Made by a program: the position numbers and the translations under genes. Below the pieces are notes generated by a model. It was given only the letters and a program-made list of their open reading frames with translations. It ran no database searches and was not told the origin of the DNA. This document shows positions 1 to 33,420 of a stretch of 64,000 nt of DNA, in pieces. Positions within the stretch are counted from its first letter, which is position 1. The number at the start of each line of letters is the position of its first letter. Origin of the DNA: Octopus sinensis (Eukaryota). The stretch is taken from contig NC_043023.1 of NCBI RefSeq assembly GCF_006345805.1, forward strand, positions 13,888,001 to 13,952,000, in the 5' to 3' direction.

Positions 1-500
1 TTCAGTTTCCGTCTACCAAATCCACTCACAAGGCTTTGGTCGGCCCGAGGCTATAGTAGAAGACACTTGTCCAAGGTGCCACACAATGGGATTGAACCAG
101 AACCATGTGGTTGGTAACAAGCTACTTACCACAACAGCCGCTCCTGAATTATATGTATATATAATACGACAGGCCTTCTTTTCAGTTTCCGTCTACCAAA
201 TCCACTCACAAGGCTGTTGGTCGGCCCGAGGCTATAGTAGAAGACACTTGCCCAAGGTGCCACACAATGGGATTGAACCCGGACCATGTGGTGGTAAACA
301 AGCTACTTACCACACAGCCACTCCTGCACCTATATATATACATATATACGACAGGCTTCTTTCAGTTTCCGTCTACCAAATCCACTCACAAGGCTTTGGT
401 CGGCCCGAGGCTATAGCAGAAGACACTTGCCAAGGTGCCACACAATGGGATTGAACCCAGAACCATGTGGTTCGTAAGCAAGCTACTTACCTCACAGCCA
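1..500 (-). mobile_element. Tandem array (~3 copies, ~180 bp) of a tRNA-derived SINE 5' segment
   Basis: The unit ggcttctttcagtttccgtctaccaaatccactcacaagg...ttaccacacagccactcctg is repeated. Its reverse complement carries A-box-like TGGCTGTGTGG and B-box-like GGTTCAATCCC motifs. The same family recurs at 24835, 34370, 35690-36570, 46770, 49690 and 60790. Confidence 0.8.
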
Positions 501-582
501 TTTACCTGTAATTATTTTCAGCCTCGAAATTCCTTGTTATGGTGGTTCAAAGTGATCAAGCGTATGTCGGCTGGCCTTGGAC

Positions 583-22501
<21,919 letters not shown>

Positions 22502-22582
22502 TTTACCAATCCCATCAGCAGATGACGTCAGTTCCTTGCCGGAAAAAAAACAATTATGATTTTTACCTGGACTTTGTAAAGG

Positions 22583-22588
22583 AATAAA
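22583..22588 (+). promoter_or_regulatory. Candidate polyadenylation signal AATAAA of the CNBD gene
   Basis: AATAAA lies 82 nt after the stop codon, followed by a T/GT-rich stretch at ~22619-22640. Confidence 0.55.
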
Positions 22589-22834
22589 ATATTAAAGCAA
22601 GCATGATATAATGGCATTATTTTCTTTGTGTGGTTATTTCGTGGCTCAGTGGGTTAGGGTGTTTGTCTCATGAATGCAAGGACATAAGTTCAATTCGCGG
22701 CCGTGCATTGTTTCTTTAAGTAAAACACTTTATTTCATGTTGTCCCAGTGTGCTCACCTGGTGAAAATGAGTTGTACCTGTATTTAAGGTTTCAAAGTGG
22801 CCAGCCTAGTTTTGCATTATATAAGAGAACCATC

Positions 22835-23105
22835 CGAACATGGCCGTTGCCAGCGCCGCCCCGACTGGACTCGTGCCGGTGGCACGTAAAAAGCACCATC
22901 TGATCGTGGCCGTTTGCCAGCCTTGTCTGGCACCTGTGCTGGTGGCATGTAAAAAGCATCCACTACACTCACGGAGTGGTTGGCATTAGGAAGGGCATCC
23001 AGCCGTAGAAGCATTGCCAGATCAAACTGGAGCCTGGTGCAGCCTTCTGGCTTCCCAGACCCCAGTTGAACCGTCCAACCCATGCTAGCAAGGAAAGCGG
23101 ACGTT
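22835..23105 (+). mobile_element. SINE / RTE-tail-type interspersed repeat
   Basis: ggtggcacgtaaaaagcacc...gagtggttggcattaggaagggcatccagc...aacccatgctagca. The family also occurs at 33900-34100, 34600-34980, 35185-35330, 41680-41800 and 59340-59500. Confidence 0.75.
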
Positions 23106-23460
23106 GATCTGGCAGTGTTTCTACAGCTAGATGTCCTTCCTAACACCAACCACTCTGTGAGTGTAATGGGTGCTTTTTACGTGCCACTGGCACAGGGGCC
23201 AGTCGGGGTGGGGCTGGCAACGGCCACATTTGGATGGTTCGTTTACGTGCCACTGGTACTGGTATCACAACTACAATTTCCACTGATCTTGATCGAATTT
23301 GATTTTGATTTCACTTGCCTCAACAGGTCTTCACAAGTAGAGTTTTGTGTCCAATGAAGGAAAGGTATGCATAAGTGGACTGGATATATATATTGATAAA
23401 ACGGTAAGACAACAAAAGAAAGAAAGAGACCTCAATATTATGTAAATAGAGGAATTTATC

Positions 23461-23740
23461 TGTAAATGTAATATGTGACAATTATTCGGTAGCCATGGTA
23501 AAACTCCGAGTTTCGGATGCCGAGGTGGAAATCCATACCGCCATCTCTTCAGTTGTCCAGCCATTGGAAAAATGTTGTGGGTTCGGGCCTCATACTGGCC
23601 ACCAGGTATAACGGTCATTTTTCATAGCATTTTTCCGATGGCTGGATAACTGAAGAGATGGCGGTGTGGATTTCCACCTTGGCATCCGAAACTCAGAGTT
23701 TTATTTTGGCTACCAAATAATTGTCACATATTACATTTAC
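23461..23740. mobile_element. Long-TIR MITE, copy 2
   Basis: tgtaaatgtaatatgtgacaatt...aaactccgagtttcggatgcc pairs with ggcatccgaaactcagagtttt...aattgtcacatattacatttaca. Confidence 0.8.
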
Positions 23741-23996
23741 AGATATATATATAAGTTCAGCAAAAATTTAGATTCAAATGAATATAGTACTTAATTTAGA
23801 TGTACCAGAATTTTGTATGGTGTTATCCATAAAAATCCGTGGGGTGATTATAATCAAAATAAGCAACAAGAATGACTCCGGTAATTTGGTACGATCGTTT
23901 CGTACTACATCATTTTATTAAAGTTGTAAGTATTACAACAGTTTTAAGATGATGAGTGTATGTATGTATCAGCCAATTATAGAGGTTTTCCATTAA

Positions 23997-24206
23997 CCCT
24001 TTAGTGTTCAGATTATTCAATCAGACATAATGCCTATTGATTCCCATTTATTTGAATTAATCGTGCATTATCTCATATCTTCAAAGATCTTGATGGTGTA
24101 ATTACTTAATGTAGAATAACATTGTAGGGTAAGTGTGAGAGCCTGGATCTGATCAGTTTGAACATAAAACAGATTAACTATTTTGGCCGGTTTAAATACT
24201 AAAGGG
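23997..24206. mobile_element. piggyBac-type MITE with TTAA target-site duplication
   Basis: TTAA|CCCTTTAG...CTAAAGGG|TTAA. An inverted relative lies at ~58590-58805. Confidence 0.75.
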
Positions 24207-24832
24207 TTAATACAAAAATTTTTCAAATCATACGAAACGATCGTACCAAATTACCGGAGTCATTTTTGTTGCTTATTTTGATATATATATATATATATAA
24301 TTAATAATATCAGGGTAATAAAGATTTTAGAAATTTTTACTGCCAGTGGCCTAGCATATAGAAAAATTAGTCAATAGACTATATATTATTCATATAAAAT
24401 ACAATGTACATTTAAACACATAAGATGTAGCCATCATAGGATACCTGGCATGCTAGAAGGTAGAGCCAAAATCCAAACCACTCTTAGGGATATATTTCGA
24501 AGGGTTGATCGTGGCCTATGCCAGGGGTGTAACCAGCCCACTTATGTGTATATTTTCTTCATTGGAAATCAAACTCTTCTTGCGAAGACCTGTTGAAGCA
24601 AGTGAAATCAAAATCGAAATCGAAATCAAATTTGATGACTGGCATCCGTGCTAGTGGAGCACTAAGTGCACCATCCATGTATGATCGTTGCCAGAGCAGC
24701 TATCTGGCTCTGTGCCGGTGGCACGTAAGAGGCACCATTCGAATGTGATTGTCACCTGTATTGCCTTACTGGCACTGGTGCTGGTGGCATGTGAAAAAAC
24801 ATTAATGAGGGGTGGAAGAAAGATATAAAGAG

Positions 24833-25121
24833 GCGCAGGAGTGGCTGTGTGGTAAGTAGCTTGCTTACCAACCACATGGTTCCAGGTTCAGTCCCACTGT
24901 ATGGCACCTTGGGCAAGTGTCTTCTACTATAGCCTCGGGTCGACCAAAGCTTTGTGAGTGGATTTGGTAGATGGAAACTGAAAGAAGCCCGTCATATATA
25001 TGTATATATATATGTATATATATATATATATATATGTGTATATATATGTATATATATATGTATATATATATGAATATATATATGTATATATAATATGAAT
25101 ATATGTATGAATATATATATG

Positions 25122-25152
<31 letters not shown>

Positions 25153-25385
25153 GTATGTATGTATGTATGTGTGTGAGTGTGTGTGTTTGTGTGTCTGTGT
25201 TTGTTCCCCCAACATCGCTTGACAACTGATGTTGGTGTGTTTACGTCCACATAACCTAGCGGTTCGGCTAAAAAGACTGATAGAATATGTACTAGGCTTA
25301 CAAAGAATAAGTCCTTGGGGGTCGATTTGCTCGACTAAAAGGTGGTGCTCCAGCATGGCCACAGTCAAATGACTGAAACAAGTAA
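24833..25385 (+). mobile_element. tRNA-derived SINE with an internal (TA)n expansion
   Basis: The head gcaggagtggctgtgtggtaag...ggttcagtcccact, a (TA)n/(TG)n middle, and the tail ...gctccagcatggccacagtcaaatgactgaaacaagtaaaag. Confidence 0.75.
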
Positions 25386-25749
25386 AAGATTATGCCTATA
25401 ACCAACTTTTTACTTGCTATTTTTGCATATTTTCATTGCTTGCTAGAGCAGGCTGTCGTTTTGGATATGTGTATATATCTATGAGATTCGTATATATATG
25501 TATATGTGTGTGTGTGTGTGTTTGTGTGTCTGTGTTTGTCCCCTTAGCATTGCTTGACAACCGATGCTAGTGTATTTACGTCCTCGTCACTTAGCGGTTC
25601 AGCAAAAAGAGACCGATAGAATAAGTACTAGGCTTACAAAGGATAAGTCCTTGGGGGTGGAGTCGATTTGCTCGCGACTAAAAGGCAGTGCTCCAGCAAG
25701 GCCGCAGCCAAATGTTGTCCGAAACAAGTAAAAGAGTAAAAAAAGAGAA

Positions 25750-26300
25750 TAAAATTTTAAAAAAATGCCAAGAAAATAATTAAGAAATAATTAAGAACAA
25801 ACAATAAATTAGAGAAAAAAACTAAAAAAATAAAGATAATAAAATAAGAGATAAGAATAAAATAAAAAAAAAATGCCAAGAAAATAATTAAGAAATAATT
25901 AAGAACAAACAATAAATTAGAGAAAAAAACTAAAAAAATAAAGATAATAAAATAAGAGATAAGAATAAAATTAAAAAAAAATGCCAAGAAAATAATTAAG
26001 AAATAATTAAGAACAAACAATAAATTAGAGAAAAAAACTAAAAAAATAAAGATAATAAAATAAGAGATAAGAATAAAATAAAAAAAAAATGCCAAGAAAA
26101 TAATTAAGAAATAATTAAGAACAAACAATAAATTAGAGAAAAAAACTAAAAAAATAAAGATAATAAAATAAGAGATAAGAATAAAATTTTTAAAAAATGC
26201 CAAGAAAATAATTAAGAAATAATTAAGAACAAACAATAAATTAGAGAAAAAAAACTAAAAAAATAAAGATAATAAAATAAGAGATAAGAATAAAATAAAA
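25750..26300. repeat. A-rich 108-bp tandem repeat, ~5 copies
   Basis: The marker gccaag occurs at 25767, 25875, 25983, 26091 and 26199, an exact 108-bp period. Confidence 0.92.
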
Positions 26301-26319
26301 TTCTTCAAGGGGAAATAAC

Positions 26320-26511
26320 TCTGTAAATGTTAATCACGAGGTTTCCGTGCCAGGCGACTAAACGCACCTCCGTTTTGTGTAACTCTTCGCTCAAAGAATG
26401 GCTTTTCTCTGGGTCTTCGGTTATGAGACGTAGCAGCATTACTTTGCAGAAGAAGGAGAAGAAGAAGAAGAAGAAGAAGAAGCAGGAGACGGAGACGGAG
26501 ACGGAGATATG
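26320..26511 (+). promoter_or_regulatory. Candidate promoter / 5' exon of ZDHHC17, ending in ATG|GTGAGC
   Basis: A non-repetitive, CpG-containing island with a (GAA)n/(GGAGAC)n leader. ATG at 26509-26511 is directly followed by donor-like GTGAGC, and phase 0 matches the exon at 51995. This is an inference. Confidence 0.4.
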
Positions 26512-26739
26512 GTGAGCAGAAGGAGGAGAAGGAGAAGGAGAAGGAGAAGGAGGGCCTCTGGGTCCTTTTGTTATATATATGTGTATATGTATGTGTTGGG
26601 CCAGAGGACGGGGTGCAGGGGTATCTGTGTCCTATGGGATATATCTGTGTGTGTGTGTGTGTGTGTGTGTTGGTGGGTTTATGTCTAGGGATGTGAAGGT
26701 GTGAGTGTGTGTGTATATGGATATATATGTGTGTGTGTG

Positions 26740-26957
26740 TGTGTGTGTCTAGTTTGAACATCGGTGTGTGTATAGCGTGTGTGTATATTTATGTGTATAT
26801 ATATATATGTGTGTGTGTGTTGTCTAGTTTGAACATCGGTGTGTGTATAGCGTGTGTATGTATATTTATGTTTGTATATATGTATATATATGTGTGTGTG
26901 TGTGTATATATATATATATGTGTAGTTTGGACATCGGTGTGTGTATATTTATGTATG

Positions 26958-26990
<33 letters not shown>

Positions 26991-27480
26991 GAGAGATATG
27001 TGTGTATGTATATATATATATGTGTAGTTTGGACATCGGTGTGTGTATAGCGTGTGTATGTATATTTATGTTTGTATATATGTATATATATGTGTGTGTG
27101 TGTATGTATATATATATATATGTGTAGTTTGGACATCGGTGTGTGTATATTTATGTATATATATATATATATATTATATATAGAGATATATGTGTATGTG
27201 TGTCTGTAGTTTGGACATGTGTGTGTCTATATTTCTGTGTATATATATCTCTTATTATAAATATATATATATATATGTGTGTGTGTGTGTATATATATAT
27301 GTGTGTGTATGTGTAGTTTGGACATCGGTGTGTGTATAGCGCGTGTGTATGTGTATACATGTGTGTGTATGTAATCTGCAGTTTAGATTTCGTTGTGTAT
27401 TCATACTATGTACTGGGTATATATGGATATGTGTATATATGTATGTGTGTGTCTGTAGTTTGGACATAGTTAAGTGTATA
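26740..27480. repeat. Degenerate minisatellite: a conserved agtttggacatcggtgtgtgtat core separated by variable (TA)/(TG) spacers
   Basis: About 9 cores between 26750 and 27470. Confidence 0.75.
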
Positions 27481-27491
27481 GCGTGTGTGTG

Positions 27492-27523
<32 letters not shown>

Positions 27524-28439
27524 GATTTACATTTATGTATGTAATCTGCTGTTTGGATTTCGTTGCGTAGATTTTAAGTTGTGTGTATTTTTACTATATA
27601 CAGGGTGTGTATGTATATATATATAATGCTGGATGGTTGTAAAAGTATATATTTATGTATATACACACATACATGTGTGTGTGATTTGGACATCGTTCTG
27701 TAAAAGTGAGAAGTGTATTATACTATGTGCAGAGTATATACGATATATACAAATATATATATTTATATATATATATATGTGTGTGTGTTTGGTTTATACT
27801 TCGTTGTGTAAGATATGAAAAATGTGTATTATTCTATCTATAGGGTGTATATATAAATGTGTGTGTGTAGATTTCACATCTACTATATAATGTGTGAATG
27901 TGTATATACATGTGTGTGGTTTGTATATCGTGATGTAGATGTGAAATGTATTTATGCTATATACAGAGTATATAGTTATGTGTGTGTGTATATAAGTATT
28001 TATAATACATGCATGTAATCGTAATTGTGTTGTATATATTTGCATATCTCTATGTGTGTATGATCTGGACATAGGTGTGTAGAATTGACTTTTATGCAGG
28101 GACCTATGATGTTGATTATGTATATATATATATATATGCATGCATATCTACCTATCCTATCTCTCTCTGGTGTGAGTGTTTAGATCTGAATCTTTGCGTT
28201 CAGAATTATACTATATACAGGGTATATATATATATTTATGTATGTACCTGTGGTTTGAACATTCGAGCGATTTCATATATCACACACAGAGGCTTGGTCA
28301 TGCAAACAAAAAAAAGTTCAGAACATGAGTGTGTGTATATATATATATATATATATTGTTGTATTTAGGAATGATCATGTTGCCAGTATATATATATATA
28401 ATTAATATTTTAGTTGAAGCAATATAATGACTTAAGGGC

Positions 28440-28514
28440 CCAGAGTTTCATGTTTATCTATCTTTCTATGTATGTATGTATGTATCTATCTATATCTATC
28501 TGTTTCTCTGTCTG

Positions 28515-28557
<43 letters not shown>

Positions 28558-28574
28558 CTGTATTTATCTTTCTA

Positions 28575-28611
<37 letters not shown>

Positions 28612-28614
28612 CTG

Positions 28615-28661
<47 letters not shown>

Positions 28662-28719
28662 CTATCTCTCTATCTATCAGTCTATTTATCTATCTTTCTA
28701 TCTCTCTGTCCCCACTCTA

Positions 28720-28760
<41 letters not shown>

Positions 28761-28858
28761 CTGTATTTATCTTTCTATCTATCTATCTCTCTCTCTCTAT
28801 CTCTCTATCTGTCTATCAGTCTATCTATGTATCTTTCTATCTCTCTGTCCCCACTCTA

Positions 28859-28897
<39 letters not shown>

Positions 28898-28960
28898 GTA
28901 TCTGTCTGTCTATCTATCTCTCTCTCTCTATATATATATATCTATCTATTTATCTATCGT
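28440..28960. repeat. (TATC)n/(TC)n tract with an internal ~150-bp duplication
   Basis: The marker ctctctgtccccactctatatc occurs at ~28702 and ~28841. Confidence 0.9.
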
Positions 28961-29131
28961 CGTAATGTTGATGTTTTCTTTTACGTATATATATAAAGGC
29001 ATGTATGTATGTATGTATGTATGTATGCGTGCGTGTGTTTGCGTTGTTTGAGATATGCGAATATAATACATAAAGATGGGTGTGTACGTGCGTATAAAGT
29101 TTCTATCTGTCCATTTGCCTATTTTTTGTCC

Positions 29132-29209
<78 letters not shown>

Positions 29210-29554
29210 CTTTCCATCTCTCTCTCTCTCACTCTCTGTATCTATTTATCTATACGTGTGTATATTTGCATCTATGTCATGTGTATAAATATTCATGTAT
29301 GTATGTATATTTACCCAAACCTTTGTGTTTGGTGTGCGCAGATTGTGATTATAATGTATGTGTATATATTAAAAATATATTGACCCGTAATTGTTGGATA
29401 TGCTTGTGTGCGAGTGTGTATATATATATATATATGTGTGTGTGTGTATGTATATATAATACGTATACAGAAATGTACATCTGTGATATATATCTCATCT
29501 TATAAAGCCAACAATTGTTTCTTTTGCATAACATACACACAGGTATATATATAT

Positions 29555-29597
<43 letters not shown>

Positions 29598-30235
29598 TAT
29601 ATGTATGTATATATTGTTATATTTCGGGTGATGGTCATTTTATTTTGCCAGTTTTAGCCAATACATCGCACATTTACTATATATATATAATGTATATGTA
29701 CATATATATGCGTATATAACACGTGTGAATGCGTGTATAATTATATAAAGCGATGTTAAAAATTTAAACTGCATGACAGACCTTACTAAAAACACCATGT
29801 GTGTATGTATATAAATATATATATATACATATATATACGGCATATATATTCATATATATTCATATATATATATATATATACACACACTCATTTATAGACC
29901 CGGATAATTGTACGTGTATAGTATATCGTACGTTGTGGGATATATAATACGCGTCCGTTCATGAATGTATATGCCGTATATACACGAATATATACATATA
30001 TATATGTATGTATGTATGTATAGTTAAAGGCAAAACCACCATGTGGTCGGCCGTATGCTAGAAGTAGATCACCTCCGATCAAAACTACAAAGAAAAGGAT
30101 GTTCTCTAGAGGAAAATTCAGCGGACACCACATATAACATATATTATATATATATATATATATATCCTTAAAAATGTTTTAGCCCGAAGGCCGCGGCCAT
30201 GCTGGGGCACCATCGCTGTCTATCTATCTACCTAC

Positions 30236-30333
<98 letters not shown>

Positions 30334-30745
30334 ACCAGTAAAAATATGATACATGTAACGTATATATATATATATATATATATATCTATATATACACGCA
30401 TAAATATGTATATATATATATACACACACACATGGTGTTTTAAGTAAGGTTTGCCATGCAGTCTAAATTTTTAACATCGCTTTATATAATTATACACGCG
30501 CACACATTCACACGTGTTATATACGCATATATATATGTATATATACATTATATATATATATATATATATATAGTAAAAAATGTGCTATGTATGTATGTGT
30601 TGTTTGTCTCGCTTCGATGGTTCCGTGGCGTGATCTAGATATGTGCGTATCTGCATGTATGTGTAGGTCATGAATATAAGACAAAGGGAAGCATGCGCGC
30701 GCCTGTGTGTATATATGTATGTATATATGCATTTCTGTGTGTATG

Positions 30746-30779
<34 letters not shown>

Positions 30780-30789
30780 AGAGCTACAG

Positions 30790-32170
30790 AGGGAGAGAGA
30801 GACCTCTACATGGTAGCTAGACCTGCTAGAAATAGCAGCCAAATCTCCTTCAAATCACACCCTTTCTGTCTAAAATGCGTGTATATATATGTGTATATAT
30901 GTATGTATATATGTTTGACCCAATGAGGGAGACCTCTACATGGTAGCTAGACCTGGTAGAAATAGCAGCCAAATCTCCCTCAAATCACACCCTACTCTCT
31001 TATCTATGTATATATGTATGTATGAGCCAACGAGGGAAACCTCTACATGGTAGTTAGACCTGGTAGAAATAGCAGCCAAATCTCCCTCAAATCACACCCT
31101 ACTCTCTTATCTATGTATATATGTATGTATGAGCCAATGAGGGAGACCTCTACATGGTAGCTAGATCTGCTAGAAATAGCAGCCAAATCTCTCAAATCAC
31201 ACCCTTCTGTCTAAAATGCACGTATATATATGTATGTATGTATGACCCAATGAGGGAAACTTCTACATGGTAGCTAGACCTGGTAGAAATAGCAGCCAGA
31301 TCACCCTCAAATCACTCCATACACTCTTATGTGTTTGTGTGTGCCAATGAGGGAGACCTCTACATGGTAGCTAGAAATAGCAGCTAAATCTCTCTCAAGT
31401 CACACCCTATCGTCTTAAGTATGTATCTAGGTGTGGGGGACGATAAGAGAGGTCTCTGCATAGTAGCTACTCCTGCTAGAAATAGCAGTCAAATCTCTCT
31501 CAATTCACACCCTTCTATCTAATGTATGTATGTATATACGTATGTGTGAGCCAATGAAAGGGACCTGTAAATGGTAGCTAGACCTGGTAGAAATAGCAGC
31601 CAAATGACCCTCAAACCACATCCTACTGTCTTATCTATGTATATATGTATGAACCAATGAAGGAGACCTCTACATGGTAGCTAGACCTGCTAGAAATAGC
31701 AGCCAAATCTCCCTCAAATCACACTTTTCTGTCTAATGCATGTATATATATGTATATATATATATGTATGTATGACCCAATGGGGAGACCTCTACATGGT
31801 AGCTAGACCTGGTAGAAATAGCAGCCAGATCACCCTCAAATCACCCCTTATGTATGTTTATGTGTAAGCCAATGAGGGAGACCTCTACATGGTAGCTAGG
31901 AATAGCAGCTAAATCTCTCTCAATTCATACCCTATCGTCATACGTATGTATATATGTCTGCGAGACGATAAGGGAGGCTTCTACATACTAGCTACTCCTG
32001 CTAGAAATAGCAGCCAAATCTCCCTCAAGTCACACCCTACGTAGATAATGGAGGCCTCAACAAGTTTGCCAGTTCTGCTAGAAACAGCAGTCAATTCTTC
32101 CTCATATCCCACCCTCGTGTGTGTCTATGTATATATGATGAGACGGAGACCTCTGCATGGTAGAAATAGC
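30790..32170 (+). repeat. Array of ~13 retroposon-tail-like cores with variable microsatellite spacers
   Basis: The core ccaatgagggagacctctacatggtagctagacctgctagaaatagcagccaaatctccctcaaatcacaccc recurs every ~90-170 bp. Dispersed copies lie at 37690-37850 and 44680. Confidence 0.85.
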
Positions 32171-32563
32171 AGCCAAATCTGTCATAATTCATATCTACCT
32201 GTCTTGCGTTATCTGTAAATTTGTGCTTGTATATACCGTTGTATTTATGTTGTCGGGACCCCGGACGCACAGAATCAGAAGTCCTGATATCGAAGGCTTC
32301 CCATCCGTGACCGTCGCGCTGAGTTTTGATTTTTCTTTTAAGCATAGGCTATGTTATCTACTGCGTCTATCTTCTTCGTAGGAATGTTGGGTGTGACCCG
32401 AGGAAGATTTCGGCTGCTGTTTCTAGTAAGCCGAGAAGCCCCACCCCTCATTTGAGCTGTTTGTATGTATGCTTATCTATCTATCTATCTATCTGCATCT
32501 ATCCATCTATCTATCTATCTATCTGCATCTATCCATCTATCCATCTATCTGTCTGTCTGTCTA

Positions 32564-32638
<75 letters not shown>

Positions 32639-33059
32639 GCATCCATCCATCTATCTGCATCTATCTATCTCTCTTTATCTATCTACCTATCCATCCATAT
32701 ATGCATGTACAGGCATGGGGTTGTGTGCCATGAAATTCCCAATCAAATGATTTTGTGCTCAGTGTCTTCAACCACAGGCCTTGGCTCGCCAACAGCTTGT
32801 AAATGTGATAGGTAAATGGAAACTGTATGGAAGCCTGTTTTGTGTGTGAGTGTGTCTTTGTTTCTGCGTTTGTTGCCTCCCTCACTGTTTGACAAATGGT
32901 GATGGTTTGTTTACATCCCATCATTTAGCATTTCAGCCAGAGATGGCGATAGAAAATATACCGAAGAACTAGGGTTAGTTTGTTCGGTTAAATCCTTCAG
33001 GGTAGTGCCCCAGTATGACCGCAGTCCAATAACTGAGGAAGACCTGGGATGAGGTGGTG

Positions 33060-33420
33060 AATCTCTGGCCTGTCCCTTCGGTGCTTCTACAACGGCGCTT
33101 AAGGTGGTTCGATCATGCAGCCTGGCGTCCAAAGGGTGAGCTGATTCATGATGTCCTCCCCCAAACCATTTCCCAGCTGGCGCAAATGCATGGGCGGACA
33201 GCTGAAGACCTGAGCAACGACGATAAAGGAGGACCTCTCCGAATTCTCAGGTCCTCAGGTGGTCAGTCTGCGCAGATGGAACTGCGAATGGCTCGCTATC
33301 TCCAGTGACCTTGCACGGGACTGTCAAGTGTGGGCCACCATGGTTCATGATGCTGTTAGGACCAGAGAAGAAGCCGGCTCAACCCGCCCTGGGTGAACGC
33401 TGTCACAAGTACAAGTACGA
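33060..33420 (+). mobile_element. RTE-clade LINE 3' end, frameshifted
   Basis: LLQRRLRWFDHAAWRPKGELI, then WRKCMGGQLKTWATTIKEDL...RRWNCEWL, ending GSTRPG* with a caagtacaagta tail. Confidence 0.8.

Noticed and set aside
25757-26236. 159-aa hydrophobic minus-strand ORF resembling a membrane protein
   Set aside because: It is the T-rich strand of the 108-bp (36-codon) tandem repeat, with no splice or homology support.
26327-26515. 62-aa ORF as the ZDHHC17 coding first exon
   Set aside because: Its frame is phase 2 at the GTGAGC donor and would stop two codons into the next exon. It is kept only as a possible uORF.
30790-32170. Possible CRISPR array (also 26740-27480 and 41911-43590)
   Set aside because: The context is eukaryotic, spacers are microsatellite or homologous rather than unique, repeats are too long and variable, and no cas gene is present.
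32091-32400. Unique-looking stretch with an 84-aa minus-strand ORF
   Set aside because: I see no recognisable motif or convincing splice pair, and it overlaps a SINE tail, so it cannot be supported without a search.
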